A stretch of DNA of 50,022 nt, the filler included, from Stramenopiles sp. TOSAG23-3 (Eukaryota): assembly GCA_900128585.1 (NCBI GenBank). It is 4 parts of 4 records of this genome, joined end to end, with 100 filler letters (N's around TTAATTAATTAA, not from the genome) between each part and the next. Parts side by side here need not be neighbours in the genome. Positions count along the whole stretch, not along the records: positions 22,989 to 45,826 come from LT642325.1; positions 45,927 to 47,924 come from LT645163.1; positions 48,025 to 50,022 come from LT645164.1; 1 more part is not named here. The stretch is one strand, 5' to 3'. The notes beneath the pieces were generated by a model that saw only the letters and a program-made list of their open reading frames with translations, made no database searches and had not been told where the DNA came from. Below, in pieces: positions 39,151 to 48,327 of the stretch. Made by a program: the position numbers and the translations under genes. Each line of letters starts with the position of its first letter. Position 1 is the first letter of the stretch.

Positions 39151-41178
39151 TCAAAACATTTCGTCCCATCCTACCTTAGGATCTTTGGAACGGTCATAGT
39201 CCGAAAAAAATTCATGGTGGGATAATTGGTCATATTGCATGGAATCTATTTGACTGCTGCCATCAAGATCTAAGTCTGGTATGATCGGACCCTTCAACGC
39301 CATGGTGCGCAGGAGTGGCCATTCAAAGCCTGAATCAAAATACCATGGATGTTTGAAGATATTCTCAAATGCATGATACCCAACTCCCAGTCGATAGTCT
39401 GGCTTCTTCGTCAGCAAACCGCTTGTAAACTGCTGGAATGCAGGGCTTACTGGAGGGGACGCAGGAAATGTGTACGCGCCAGCCATTACCTTACGCAGCA
39501 ACTCCACTTCTGAGCAGTTGTCGGGGAAGGGGCTTACACCAAATGCCAATTCGAATAATACAACTCCCAGGGACCAGAGGTCGGCTGATTGGCCGTACCC
39601 CTTTCCGGTCAGAACCTCAGGGGCGCTGTAGCGGGCACTTCCACATGTAGTGTATGTTCGGTCGAGGACTCTTTTTGCCAGCCCAAAGTCTACGATTTTT
39701 CCGTACCCGTTTTTATCCAACACGATATTTTCCAATTTTAAGTCACGGTATATTATATGTTCGCCGTGTATGGCCTCCAGGGCCATTACGATGCATCCAA
39801 TATAAAATTGCAAATGGGATTCTGGGAGGGCACCATAGTTCATGAGTATGTCAAACATGTCCCCACCAGGCAAATACTCGGTAATCAAATAAATAGAGTT
39901 AATGTCCGCCGATGTCCCATACAAATTGCAAACAAAGCGTGAGTGGACCTGTTGCATGTACTCCTTTTCCCTGATGATTACGTCCTGCATCTCATTCATA
40001 ACTATCAATGCTTTTTTCATCTCTTTCACTGCCACCATTCCAAATTCCTCCCCGTCTCGTAAAGTAACTATCCCAAAACCACCGACGCCAATGACACCTC
40101 TGGTACTGTATGCACTCAGATCAATACGCGATGGCACTACGACAGTCATACTGCGAACCTTTTTTACGACGGGCGAGTTCACCACATGCCCTCTGAACAA
40201 ATCAAACGGCCCGAGCACTTCTTCAAACGATGCTCTATCGAGACCTACACAAACGCATGGACCCTCGGCAACTATCGATGCTGACCTGGGCTGATCCGTC
40301 ACAAGTGCAGCTTCTCCAAAAAAATCTCCAACTTGCAACCTTTTCGGCTTCTCAAAATCGTTTATTACAACTTTTGCCGTCCCTATTTCAAGTATGTAAA
40401 ATATATCGCCGGGTTCCCCTTGCTTTATAATGTACTGCCCATCTTCAAACCTCATTGGGTTCAAAATCTGGGCGAGCCTCTTCAACTCTTTGGAACCTAT
40501 GAAGTCTTTAAAGTCTGGCATTTTTTCCAAAAGGTCAAGGTTCTTTTGGACGACAGATTCATGATAATGAAGCAATGATGCGCGCAATGCTATGTGCTCC
40601 ATAACCCAAAAATAACAATCTTCTTTTGCTATCACAGTAGCTGTGCGCGCGCATTCATAAAACAGCGCAAGCTCCCCAAAAGTCCCCCCTGTTTTGAGTT
40701 CGTCGCCAACACGGACCCCATCAACAACTATAGTGCAAGTTCCACTTTGTATCAGAAAGAATTCGTTTCCTTTGTCCCCTTGCTTCACTATGGTTTCTCC
40801 CGCTTTAACTGCCTGTCTATACATATGCTGGACGATTATTGCCATGGCTTTGGCCGTCGTTTCGTCGAACAGCCAATGGTTCTTTAAAGTTTCGCATATA
40901 AACTGGGTCTCTGCAGAAGTTTTGGAGGTGGCCTCTGGGTTTGCTTTGGCAGCCTTTCCGTTCGCCAGTCTGTCTCGCAAGTCGGAGTGCCTTCTGCCGA
41001 TGCGCATATTTGAAATATTTGTAACTGGCCTGGATACTGCAACTCTCGACTCCGATTCAGCCACCCGTTCTCGACGCAGTCGTGCCCCATCGACCATTTG
41101 TTTCTCAACGGTGCTGGTTGTTCGGAGATACACCGGTTTGACCACGGGACTTTTCGTTCCTGAAAAAGCGCACCCCAT
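39151..41178 (-). CDS. PKG: cGMP-dependent protein kinase-like (2 cNMP-binding domains + AGC kinase), N-acylation motif
   Basis: MGC start. Phosphate-binding cassettes FGELALFYECARTAT and FGEAALVTDQPRSAS (Thr/Ser after Arg favours cGMP). Kinase motifs GVGGFG, VAVK, YRDLKLEN, DFG, APE, and C-terminal GWDEMF. Confidence 0.92.
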   Translation of the reverse strand: MGCAFSGTKSPVVKPVYLRTTSTVEKQMVDGARLRRERVAESESRVAVSRPVTNISNMRIGRRHSDLRDRLANGKAAKANPEATSKTSAETQFICETLKNHWLFDETTAKAMAIIVQHMYRQAVKAGETIVKQGDKGNEFFLIQSGTCTIVVDGVRVGDELKTGGTFGELALFYECARTATVIAKEDCYFWVMEHIALRASLLHYHESVVQKNLDLLEKMPDFKDFIGSKELKRLAQILNPMRFEDGQYIIKQGEPGDIFYILEIGTAKVVINDFEKPKRLQVGDFFGEAALVTDQPRSASIVAEGPCVCVGLDRASFEEVLGPFDLFRGHVVNSPVVKKVRSMTVVVPSRIDLSAYSTRGVIGVGGFGIVTLRDGEEFGMVAVKEMKKALIVMNEMQDVIIREKEYMQQVHSRFVCNLYGTSADINSIYLITEYLPGGDMFDILMNYGALPESHLQFYIGCIVMALEAIHGEHIIYRDLKLENIVLDKNGYGKIVDFGLAKRVLDRTYTTCGSARYSAPEVLTGKGYGQSADLWSLGVVLFELAFGVSPFPDNCSEVELLRKVMAGAYTFPASPPVSPAFQQFTSGLLTKKPDYRLGVGYHAFENIFKHPWYFDSGFEWPLLRTMALKGPIIPDLDLDGSSQIDSMQYDQLSHHEFFSDYDRSKDPKVGWDEMF

Positions 41179-42538
41179 CCTTTCTTCGCTGCAGAAGTGG
41201 TCGTGCCTTAGTCTGTTTGGTGAAGGGCCGGGCTGGCGATTTTACGGGGACGTCGTTGCACCGTATATTTACGACATGTATTTCTTTCAAGGATAGTGAA
41301 CAGTTACTAATGTTTATATCATAGTTACGTGTTTAGGCAGCACAACACACTTGTCGATGCAGACGAAGACACGATGACGACAACAACAATTTCAGTAAAA
41401 AATAATAAATTATTATTATAGTAGTTGTTGTATTTTTTTCTACTAAAATACTCTACGGTGGTATTATTATTATTAATACGATATATAAAAAATGGTAACA
41501 AATATATATTATAATATTATTATTATTATTAATAGAGGGGGAGGATGGAGGAAGGATGGATTTTGATGAATGATCGCGTTATAATTTAGTAATGTCTGTA
41601 CACACCATCGTAGTTCATTCGAAGCAGTTTGTTGTCGTCGGCAGTAGTAGAAAGAAGAAGAATCCATCATTTTAATTGAGTATATTCACATATAGGGAAT
41701 AATAGCTTCCTAACTATTGTCATTATATATCAGTCGTCACCACCATATTTTAGTATTTTGATTTTTGTTGTTGTAGTAGCAACGCATATAATTAATTAAT
41801 TATACACAGAACACAGACATCCTTTTAATTTTTTCACTTTCTATTTTAGTAGTCTGGACAGGTTTTTGCTATTATTATCATAGACACGTACTCCTAATTT
41901 CAGTATTAAATGCTTACTACGTATACTGTATACTAATATAGTATTCCTATATAGTACGGGCAGAGCTAAATAAATTACTCTTCGAGATTCAGATATTCAG
42001 ATTCATCTGCGATATCCTCGTAGTTTTTGATGTGTACGTTGGTGAAAAACAAATATTTGATAGGTACATTTAATAATTATAATATAATATAATTATACTT
42101 ATGAATAAATATATTCACATTATATTTCCTATTTAATATTTGTATTGTAAGGTTATCCTTTAAATATAGAAATTGCGCGAATTTCATAATTACAGGTAAT
42201 AGCACTGTTGTTTTGGTAGTGAAATGGATCAAAAAATAATTGTGCTGTTGTGCCCTTTTATAAAGGTGTAACGGTGAGTAAAAAAAGTCATCACCTTCTT
42301 CTTTTTTCGTTCTTCTTCTTGTGATCGATCCTATTGTATGTGTATGTAAAGTAACCAAGAGTTAGTTGCCCGGTGATTAATTAATTGCAAAAAGAAAGAG
42401 AGGTTTTTAGTGGCAGATATTGTGAATAATATATGGATATTTAGACTTATAGAACTAACACCAGTACTTTGTCACAGAGACGCTACAAGAAGGCCAACAA
42501 AGAAAGCGCAATCCAAGCTACTGTTAATAGGGCCGGGG

Positions 42539-44101
42539 ATGTTCTCAAAAGCTGAATGCCAGGTTCCCGCAACTAAAGGGGGGCAAAGCCTTTCTGGGGC
42601 AAATGCTAAGCGACCGGCCAGGGTTCGTCAGCCTGCCGTCAGAGGACGAAGAACACGTCGTCCCAACACTTCGTCTTACTCGAGCCAGCATGGAGTCGGC
42701 CACATAGGTGCGATCGGAATGGATTACCAGTCACAAACTTCCGATAGCAAAGCGAGGTTTGGGGTCCCAACTCGTCGGAAGCGTGCAGACGTTGGGCAGG
42801 TTGTTCGCTCAAATGGGAAAAATATTATGAACATGCACAAAAATGCAGCCTCCCCGCAAAAACAATACCCCAAGAAGTATGAAACGGGCGAAAGCAAACG
42901 CGGGGGGGTTAAGCAATGGAAATTAAAGTACCAACGACCGTCAACAACGTCCAAAGTACAAGCTGGAAGGTACCGCCGGCGAAGGATGCCACCTTCCTCC
43001 CCGGTACACCTGTCGGCACCGAGTGAGCCGAAATACAGCCTGCCATCTTCCGGTAAAGAACGTTCTGCTAATAAAAAAAATATGCCCCTGAGAATAACGT
43101 CAGTCAATGATGCAGACAATGAAACGAAACAACCTGCAAAACATGAAAATGGTATTTCATTAATGAACCGCCCAAAAGATTTAGTTTGCGGTCATGTCAG
43201 TGGAGCTGTTTCTGTTCAAGGATTTAAGCCAAACAAGCCGGGTTGGTTAAACCAAGACAACGTTTTAGAACTAAGAGACTTCAATGGCCGCGGGCTGCTA
43301 AGTTTAGTATGCGTGTTTGATGGCCATGGTAAACTTGGCAGGGAGGTATCGGAGTATTGTGTCCAGCACCTTACATCCCATATGTTGGGCGCGGATGTCA
43401 ATTTGCCCTTTACTCCAATGGTTGGGCAAAAAATTACCCAAGCGTTCTTGCGCTTGGACGATCAACTGCGACTTATGATAGATACTAGCAACAGCGGCAG
43501 CACTGCTGTAGCCGCAGTCTTATCCCACAATAGTGTGCTGCTTGCTCATGTTGGAGACAGCAGGGCTTGCGTAGGGCGTATCATACCGGCCGGCGGGAAA
43601 TCAAAAAACAGCAGGGTTGAAGTGATGGCGCTCACTGCTGACCACAAACCGAATCGCCCAGACGAATCTCAGAGAGTTCATAACTGTGGAGGTCGTGTAT
43701 CAGCAAGCCCACACTACGCCGTGAACGCTGAGAATGCGACACAGCGAGTATGGTCAGCAATGCCAAACATATATGGGCCGGGACTGGCCGTAAGCCGATC
43801 GTTTGGGGACGCAATGGCGCACACTTGCGGTGTTACAACAATTCCCGAAGTTCGTCTATACAAATTGCAGCCGCATGATAAATGGATGTGCATGGCAACT
43901 GATGGGGTCTGGGATGTCATGTCCTTGAACGACGTCGCTGCCATCGTGAATAGAATTATTGATAGGGATCCAAAAAAATGGAACCCCAAGCAAGCGGCTC
44001 GAATGATAGTGGCTACTGCAAGGAAGCGATGGCGTGCGTCCCCTCAGGCAAACGGTAGGATCGATGACATTACTGCCCTTGTCGTCAAGCTAAAGGCATG
44101 A
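42539..44101 (+). CDS. PP2C/PPM-type Ser/Thr phosphatase with disordered basic N-terminal extension
   Basis: NQD, VFDGHG, SGSTA, AHVGDSR, DHKP, GLAVSRSFGD, ATDGVWD, DDIT. First ATG is at 42539. Confidence 0.93.
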   Translation: MFSKAECQVPATKGGQSLSGANAKRPARVRQPAVRGRRTRRPNTSSYSSQHGVGHIGAIGMDYQSQTSDSKARFGVPTRRKRADVGQVVRSNGKNIMNMHKNAASPQKQYPKKYETGESKRGGVKQWKLKYQRPSTTSKVQAGRYRRRRMPPSSPVHLSAPSEPKYSLPSSGKERSANKKNMPLRITSVNDADNETKQPAKHENGISLMNRPKDLVCGHVSGAVSVQGFKPNKPGWLNQDNVLELRDFNGRGLLSLVCVFDGHGKLGREVSEYCVQHLTSHMLGADVNLPFTPMVGQKITQAFLRLDDQLRLMIDTSNSGSTAVAAVLSHNSVLLAHVGDSRACVGRIIPAGGKSKNSRVEVMALTADHKPNRPDESQRVHNCGGRVSASPHYAVNAENATQRVWSAMPNIYGPGLAVSRSFGDAMAHTCGVTTIPEVRLYKLQPHDKWMCMATDGVWDVMSLNDVAAIVNRIIDRDPKKWNPKQAARMIVATARKRWRASPQANGRIDDITALVVKLKA

Positions 44102-44251
44102 ATGAAATAGGCAATTTGCATCTGAACCATATAAAGCGAAAATATACACATGCGTATGCGTGTTATTCAATGACTTGTCAATCATATCACAAACTTCACA
44201 GGGGGGGGGGGGGGACAAGATTCCATTGCAATATGCTACACTTCGTTCTTT

Positions 44252-44660
44252 GTAAATAAGTACACAAGAAAATTGGCTGTTATTTAAGTAATTAAAATTA
44301 GTGCACTATGAACTGAAATCTACTAAACATTCGAGGTTTACATTCCTTCATGTACTGCGAACTTATCTTTGCTCTTGTGGTTTTACTATGATATCATATC
44401 ATAATCGATATACCCTTGTCACTTAGTCTTATCTTAGCTATCATATCAAACTTAGATGTACTCCATGCATGATCTGAATCGGTAGGTGGATTGGCAATGC
44501 TTCCAGACGACCCATAATAAACTTCCTCGCCCGCTGTCTCACTCATAGATGACTCATTCCGTAAATAAGTTAAAACAAAAAATTGGCTGTTAATTTAAGT
44601 AATTAAAATTTAGCTTTCTCATGTACCGCGAAAATGAATCTGCTCCTTTTGTCCATTAGT
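44252..44660. repeat. Dispersed repeat family, tandem copies B (44252-~44540) and C (44561-~44660)
   Basis: Both start GTAAATAAGT...AAAATTGGCTGTTA(A)TTTAAGTAATTAAAATT, and internal blocks match copy A. Confidence 0.82.
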
Positions 44661-44864
44661 TTATAAGAATTAATCAACTTAAAGTGTGTTCACGACAAGT
44701 TCATAAAACACACAGCGCACAGCTTTCTGTAAGTCCTCATTTCATTGTAAAAACAAAGAGTTGTCTCTCGTTTACATTTTATAAATACGCGCACCACCCC
44801 AACTCTTAAAAAAAATATTTAGCACTGGCAGCGCCCCGATGAAACGAATGAGTTAGTTTACCTC

Positions 44865-45824
44865 TTACTTACGGCGCTTTTTCTTGCGACGACCATCCGC
44901 TGTAGCTTCATCGGCCCAACTCCTCTCCTTCTTGCTCAAAGAATCCTGCCCTGATTTCTCCAAAATAGAAGCAAAATCTTCCGCCGCAGCAAATGGTGAT
45001 TTCCCGCTGTTTTTCTTGCCAGCTTTTTCGTCTTTATCTGAGCTTTCACTCTCATTCTCTTGAAAATCTTCCTCTTCATCGCTACCACCATTATCTTCAT
45101 CATCAGAAAAGTCCCACATTGGTTCATCGTCATCTTCCCCATCTGACATACCACCCGCTTTTTCGTGTAACAATCCTTCGGCCAGTTGTTGGGAAAATCT
45201 ATCATACCCGGCTTCTTCATCCTCTTCACTTTCCGAACCGTCGTCCTGGTTTTGCTCTTTGCTTTCGTTAGATTTCTTCGCCCCGGACCTCTCTCGTCTG
45301 TCTTTCTCTTTAAAAAACCGCAGAAAGAATTCTTCTTCTTCCCTGACAGACTTTTGATAGAGAAAATTTTTGGAATTGACTGGATTAGACGTAGACACAT
45401 GGCCGTATTTCCCCGAATCTTTTCGTTGCATTGTGGAAAACGAAGCGTTCGAACTCTGCTTTATCATGCTCAAATCCTTTTGCTTAGGATTTCTGTATGA
45501 AAACCTCTCAAGAAATGCAGTTGATCCGAAATCTCGCAATGGGTCCCCCTCATAGTCAATAAAAGAGCCTTCCAGTAACGATTTCGCGAAGACTTGCACA
45601 GAAGGGTGATAATGGTTAGCAAGGCTGTTCAAAGCCCAGCCACAAGTCGACTTTGCCCCTGCATACTTAGGGTCTCGTTTGAAGGGGTCATACGTAACAT
45701 ATTTGTTATCAGGCACGGCATCACTTTCTTGCTTTTTATCAGGATCGTTACTATTTGTAACAGTCTTGGCTTTATCGTTCGTTTTGTCCTTGTCTTTACG
45801 ATCGTTGCTATCCCCATCGCTGTC
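44865..45824 (-). CDS. CEBPZ: CEBPZ / Noc1 / Mak21 ribosome biogenesis factor, C-terminal part (5'-truncated at contig end)
   Basis: YDPFKRDPKYA...W.L..LANHYHPSV..FA..LL.G..I.Y.GDPL.DF...FLERFSYRNPK and SPFAAAEDFA motifs. The frame is open up to the N run. Confidence 0.9.
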   Translation of the reverse strand, partial: DSDGDSNDRKDKDKTNDKAKTVTNSNDPDKKQESDAVPDNKYVTYDPFKRDPKYAGAKSTCGWALNSLANHYHPSVQVFAKSLLEGSFIDYEGDPLRDFGSTAFLERFSYRNPKQKDLSMIKQSSNASFSTMQRKDSGKYGHVSTSNPVNSKNFLYQKSVREEEEFFLRFFKEKDRRERSGAKKSNESKEQNQDDGSESEEDEEAGYDRFSQQLAEGLLHEKAGGMSDGEDDDEPMWDFSDDEDNGGSDEEEDFQENESESSDKDEKAGKKNSGKSPFAAAEDFASILEKSGQDSLSKKERSWADEATADGRRKKKRRK

Positions 45825-45826
45825 GC

Positions 45827-45926
45827 NNNNNNNNNNNNNNNNNNNNNNNNNNNNNNNNNNNNNNNNNNNNTTAATTAATTAANNNNNNNNNNNNNNNNNN
45901 NNNNNNNNNNNNNNNNNNNNNNNNNN
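45827..45926. other. Artificial contig linker N44-TTAATTAATTAA-N44
   Basis: Same structure as 22889-22988. Confidence 0.97.
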
Positions 45927-45927
45927 C

Positions 45928-47019
45928 CGTCTTCGACAAGCGATGATGGCGGCCCGTGGGAAAACGCCCAAGGCCACAGAAAACTCGTTTGAGACGAACG
46001 CGGTCGTTGACGATGGCCTTGTACCATGCCCACACTGTAGCCGTCGGTTCAACCAGAAAGCCGCTGATAGGCACATCCCAAAGTGCCAAGACATAAAAGC
46101 CAAGCCAAGGACGTTGCGGAAAGGCGCAGGCCATCCCGCTGGTGTTGCAAGGCCATCCACGGCGCCACTATCCACCCAAGGACCGAAGAAAGAGAAACCG
46201 GCCGTTCACGCCAAAGATTGGCACGTAGGCCCGCATGATCCAAACGAAATTGTCGCCCAACCTCCTCTTCCGAGCGTAAAGCGTCGTCAGAGAAGTGCTG
46301 CAAGCAGGAACCGAAAATCTGTAAGCGACCCCACAAGAGCAGGCCTGAACAAACCGACAATGGAGTGCCCGACGTGTGGTCGTTCTTTTAATCGGCGGGC
46401 TGGCTTGAGGCACATTGAAAAGTGCAAGCACATAAAGGCCAAACCAAAGCCAATTCGACGAAGTTCAACGGTAAAGTACACCATCGGAACACTGGGGCTG
46501 ACCGCAAATTCTAAGAGTAGGAACTCACAAATTCCCAAGAACACTCGTGGAACGTCGAATTCGCAGCATGAAAAAGAAAGCGGGAGCAGTGTCATGGCCT
46601 GGACAAACAAAGCTGAAAGGCGTGGAGAGGAAGAACCGGGTAGCAGAAGAACATCACGCCGTGCAGTAAAGCCACAGGATAAAGATTCGGGGTACAATTT
46701 TTCTCAAAAGTGGTTTGAAAGTGGCTCGCCCGCGGCTGTAGAGGAGAGGTTTGACATGCTCAACAATCGGCAACCAAGTACGATAACGGACACGAATAGG
46801 ACCATTTTTCAACGGCCATCGTCGGCACATGATAACGCACGCTCGCGAGTTTCTTCGGGGGATATGGGTGTGAAACCGGTGCGTGCGAAATCAGCGCACC
46901 ACAACAGGCGAACGAGACACAATAGCAATGGTGTGGACTTTGGCGAGACCATGGAAATGAAGCGTTTAGAGGAAGAGCTGGCCGAGTTAGATATGATGCT
47001 GACAGAACGGAGAAGGTAA
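45928..47019 (+). CDS. C2HC-type zinc-finger protein (ZC2HC1-like), probably 5'-truncated
   Basis: Two CxxCxRxF...RHIxKC fingers (LVPCPHCSRRFNQKAADRHIPKC and ECPTCGRSFNRRAGLRHIEKC). The frame is open from the contig start. Confidence 0.8.
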   Translation, partial: RLRQAMMAARGKTPKATENSFETNAVVDDGLVPCPHCSRRFNQKAADRHIPKCQDIKAKPRTLRKGAGHPAGVARPSTAPLSTQGPKKEKPAVHAKDWHVGPHDPNEIVAQPPLPSVKRRQRSAASRNRKSVSDPTRAGLNKPTMECPTCGRSFNRRAGLRHIEKCKHIKAKPKPIRRSSTVKYTIGTLGLTANSKSRNSQIPKNTRGTSNSQHEKESGSSVMAWTNKAERRGEEEPGSRRTSRRAVKPQDKDSGYNFSQKWFESGSPAAVEERFDMLNNRQPSTITDTNRTIFQRPSSAHDNARSRVSSGDMGVKPVRAKSAHHNRRTRHNSNGVDFGETMEMKRLEEELAELDMMLTERRR

Positions 47020-47072
47020 ACTTAGAAAGTGTTTTTTACAGAATGCGTCAAATCTAAATTTGTACTTCCTCG

Positions 47073-47112
47073 TTAAAAACAAAAAATTGGCTGTTATTTA
47101 AAAGTAATTAAA
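47073..47112. repeat. Dispersed repeat family, short copy D
   Basis: TTAAAAACAAAAAATTGGCTGTTATTTAAAAGTAATTAAAA matches the shared end of copies A-C. Confidence 0.75.
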
Positions 47113-47222
47113 AAACAAATTATGGTACGAAGTTTTGAAGATTATGATCGGGAACTGGGTCGAAAGATACGATACGGTTTTTTTTTAAAAAGAGTAAACT
47201 GAAGAAGTAAATGTTTGAGCAT

Positions 47223-47924
47223 CTATTTGCAGTTAATCGTATAAACCTCCCCTTTTAAACTTACCATCTGGGATTCCAAAGCCTCCAGTTTTCTGCCCGA
47301 CATGCCCAGAGAAGAATCAAGCCGCTTCAGTATATGTTCTTGCACAATGCTGATCCTTTCCAATGACGCCAATAGGAACTCTGCGTTGAGAGGAGTTTCT
47401 TTCCCTACGATATTGGGGGTTGGTAAGTCTACAGACCCTTTGCATGCGTAATACCCTTCCTTGTCTTTTATTTGCATTGCCGACAATTCCACTCGATTCA
47501 TTTGGCTGGTACCAAAATATCGCCCTACCGCCAGCTCCGGCACTGCCAGCGATATTTTACGCCGCTTTTCGCCCCTCTTGAACCTAGCTTTTGAAGTCTT
47601 TAGCAGTGTTACATGTGGCTTAAGGTTTAGCTTTGGAGCGTTATTATTGCCCTTAGCGGTTTTACCATTTTTCGCTTGGATGAGACCGGCGGAGAAGAAT
47701 TTCGAATACAGGAAGTTTGCCATTTGTACAAACCTAAAGTAATGGTCGTCTTGGACAATGTCTACATAAATGACGTCTTTTCTAAAGCTACTGACGTTTT
47801 CAAACGTCAGCGCCAACCCGTTGATGCCGATGATGTTATTGATGTCCTTTTCAGTCGAAGCCAACATCTCCCGGGCATTGTCTATTTCCTCTTCTGTGCT
47901 CAAGTGAAAGACGAATAAGGTCAG
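47223..47924 (-). CDS. AKAP7/ASCC1-like 2H phosphoesterase, 5'-truncated
   Basis: The contig edge reads (H)LTLFVFHL, the tail of the first HxT motif. The second motif is PHVTLLK, followed by FG...VELSAM..KDKEGYY. Confidence 0.78.
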   Translation of the reverse strand: MTLFVFHLSTEEEIDNAREMLASTEKDINNIIGINGLALTFENVSSFRKDVIYVDIVQDDHYFRFVQMANFLYSKFFSAGLIQAKNGKTAKGNNNAPKLNLKPHVTLLKTSKARFKRGEKRRKISLAVPELAVGRYFGTSQMNRVELSAMQIKDKEGYYACKGSVDLPTPNIVGKETPLNAEFLLASLERISIVQEHILKRLDSSLGMSGRKLEALESQMVSLKGEVYTINCK

Positions 47925-48024
47925 NNNNNNNNNNNNNNNNNNNNNNNNNNNNNNNNNNNNNNNNNNNNTTAATTAATTAANNNNNNNNNNNNNNNNNNNN
48001 NNNNNNNNNNNNNNNNNNNNNNNN
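47925..48024. other. Artificial contig linker N44-TTAATTAATTAA-N44
   Basis: Same structure as the other two linkers. Confidence 0.97.
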
Positions 48025-48283
48025 CATCATCCGATGCCTCACTTCATTTAACTTACAATTTATAATTAGGTTTTAAAACAACTTTTTATCTAGACAAAAC
48101 ACTGCCACAAGCAAGGTTAGAAATTTTAACAACGAAAATCCATCAGCCGGAATGCTTCTTCCGGCGGCATCCCAGTCGTCCTCCACGTATCGAAATTTCT
48201 TCTTGTCCACGCAGCAGACACGGCCCCACGATGCGGTCGCCTCTGCAAGCTCTTCGTCCAGCCCACTGCACGCGGTCCATTCC

Positions 48284-48327
48284 CGGCACTCTCTGAATCA
48301 TACCACGGCACTCTCTGAATCATACCA
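48284..48327. repeat. Perfect 22-bp tandem duplication overlapping the RING-CH stop codon
   Basis: CGGCACTCTCTGAATCATACCA at 48284-48305 and 48306-48327. Confidence 0.9.
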
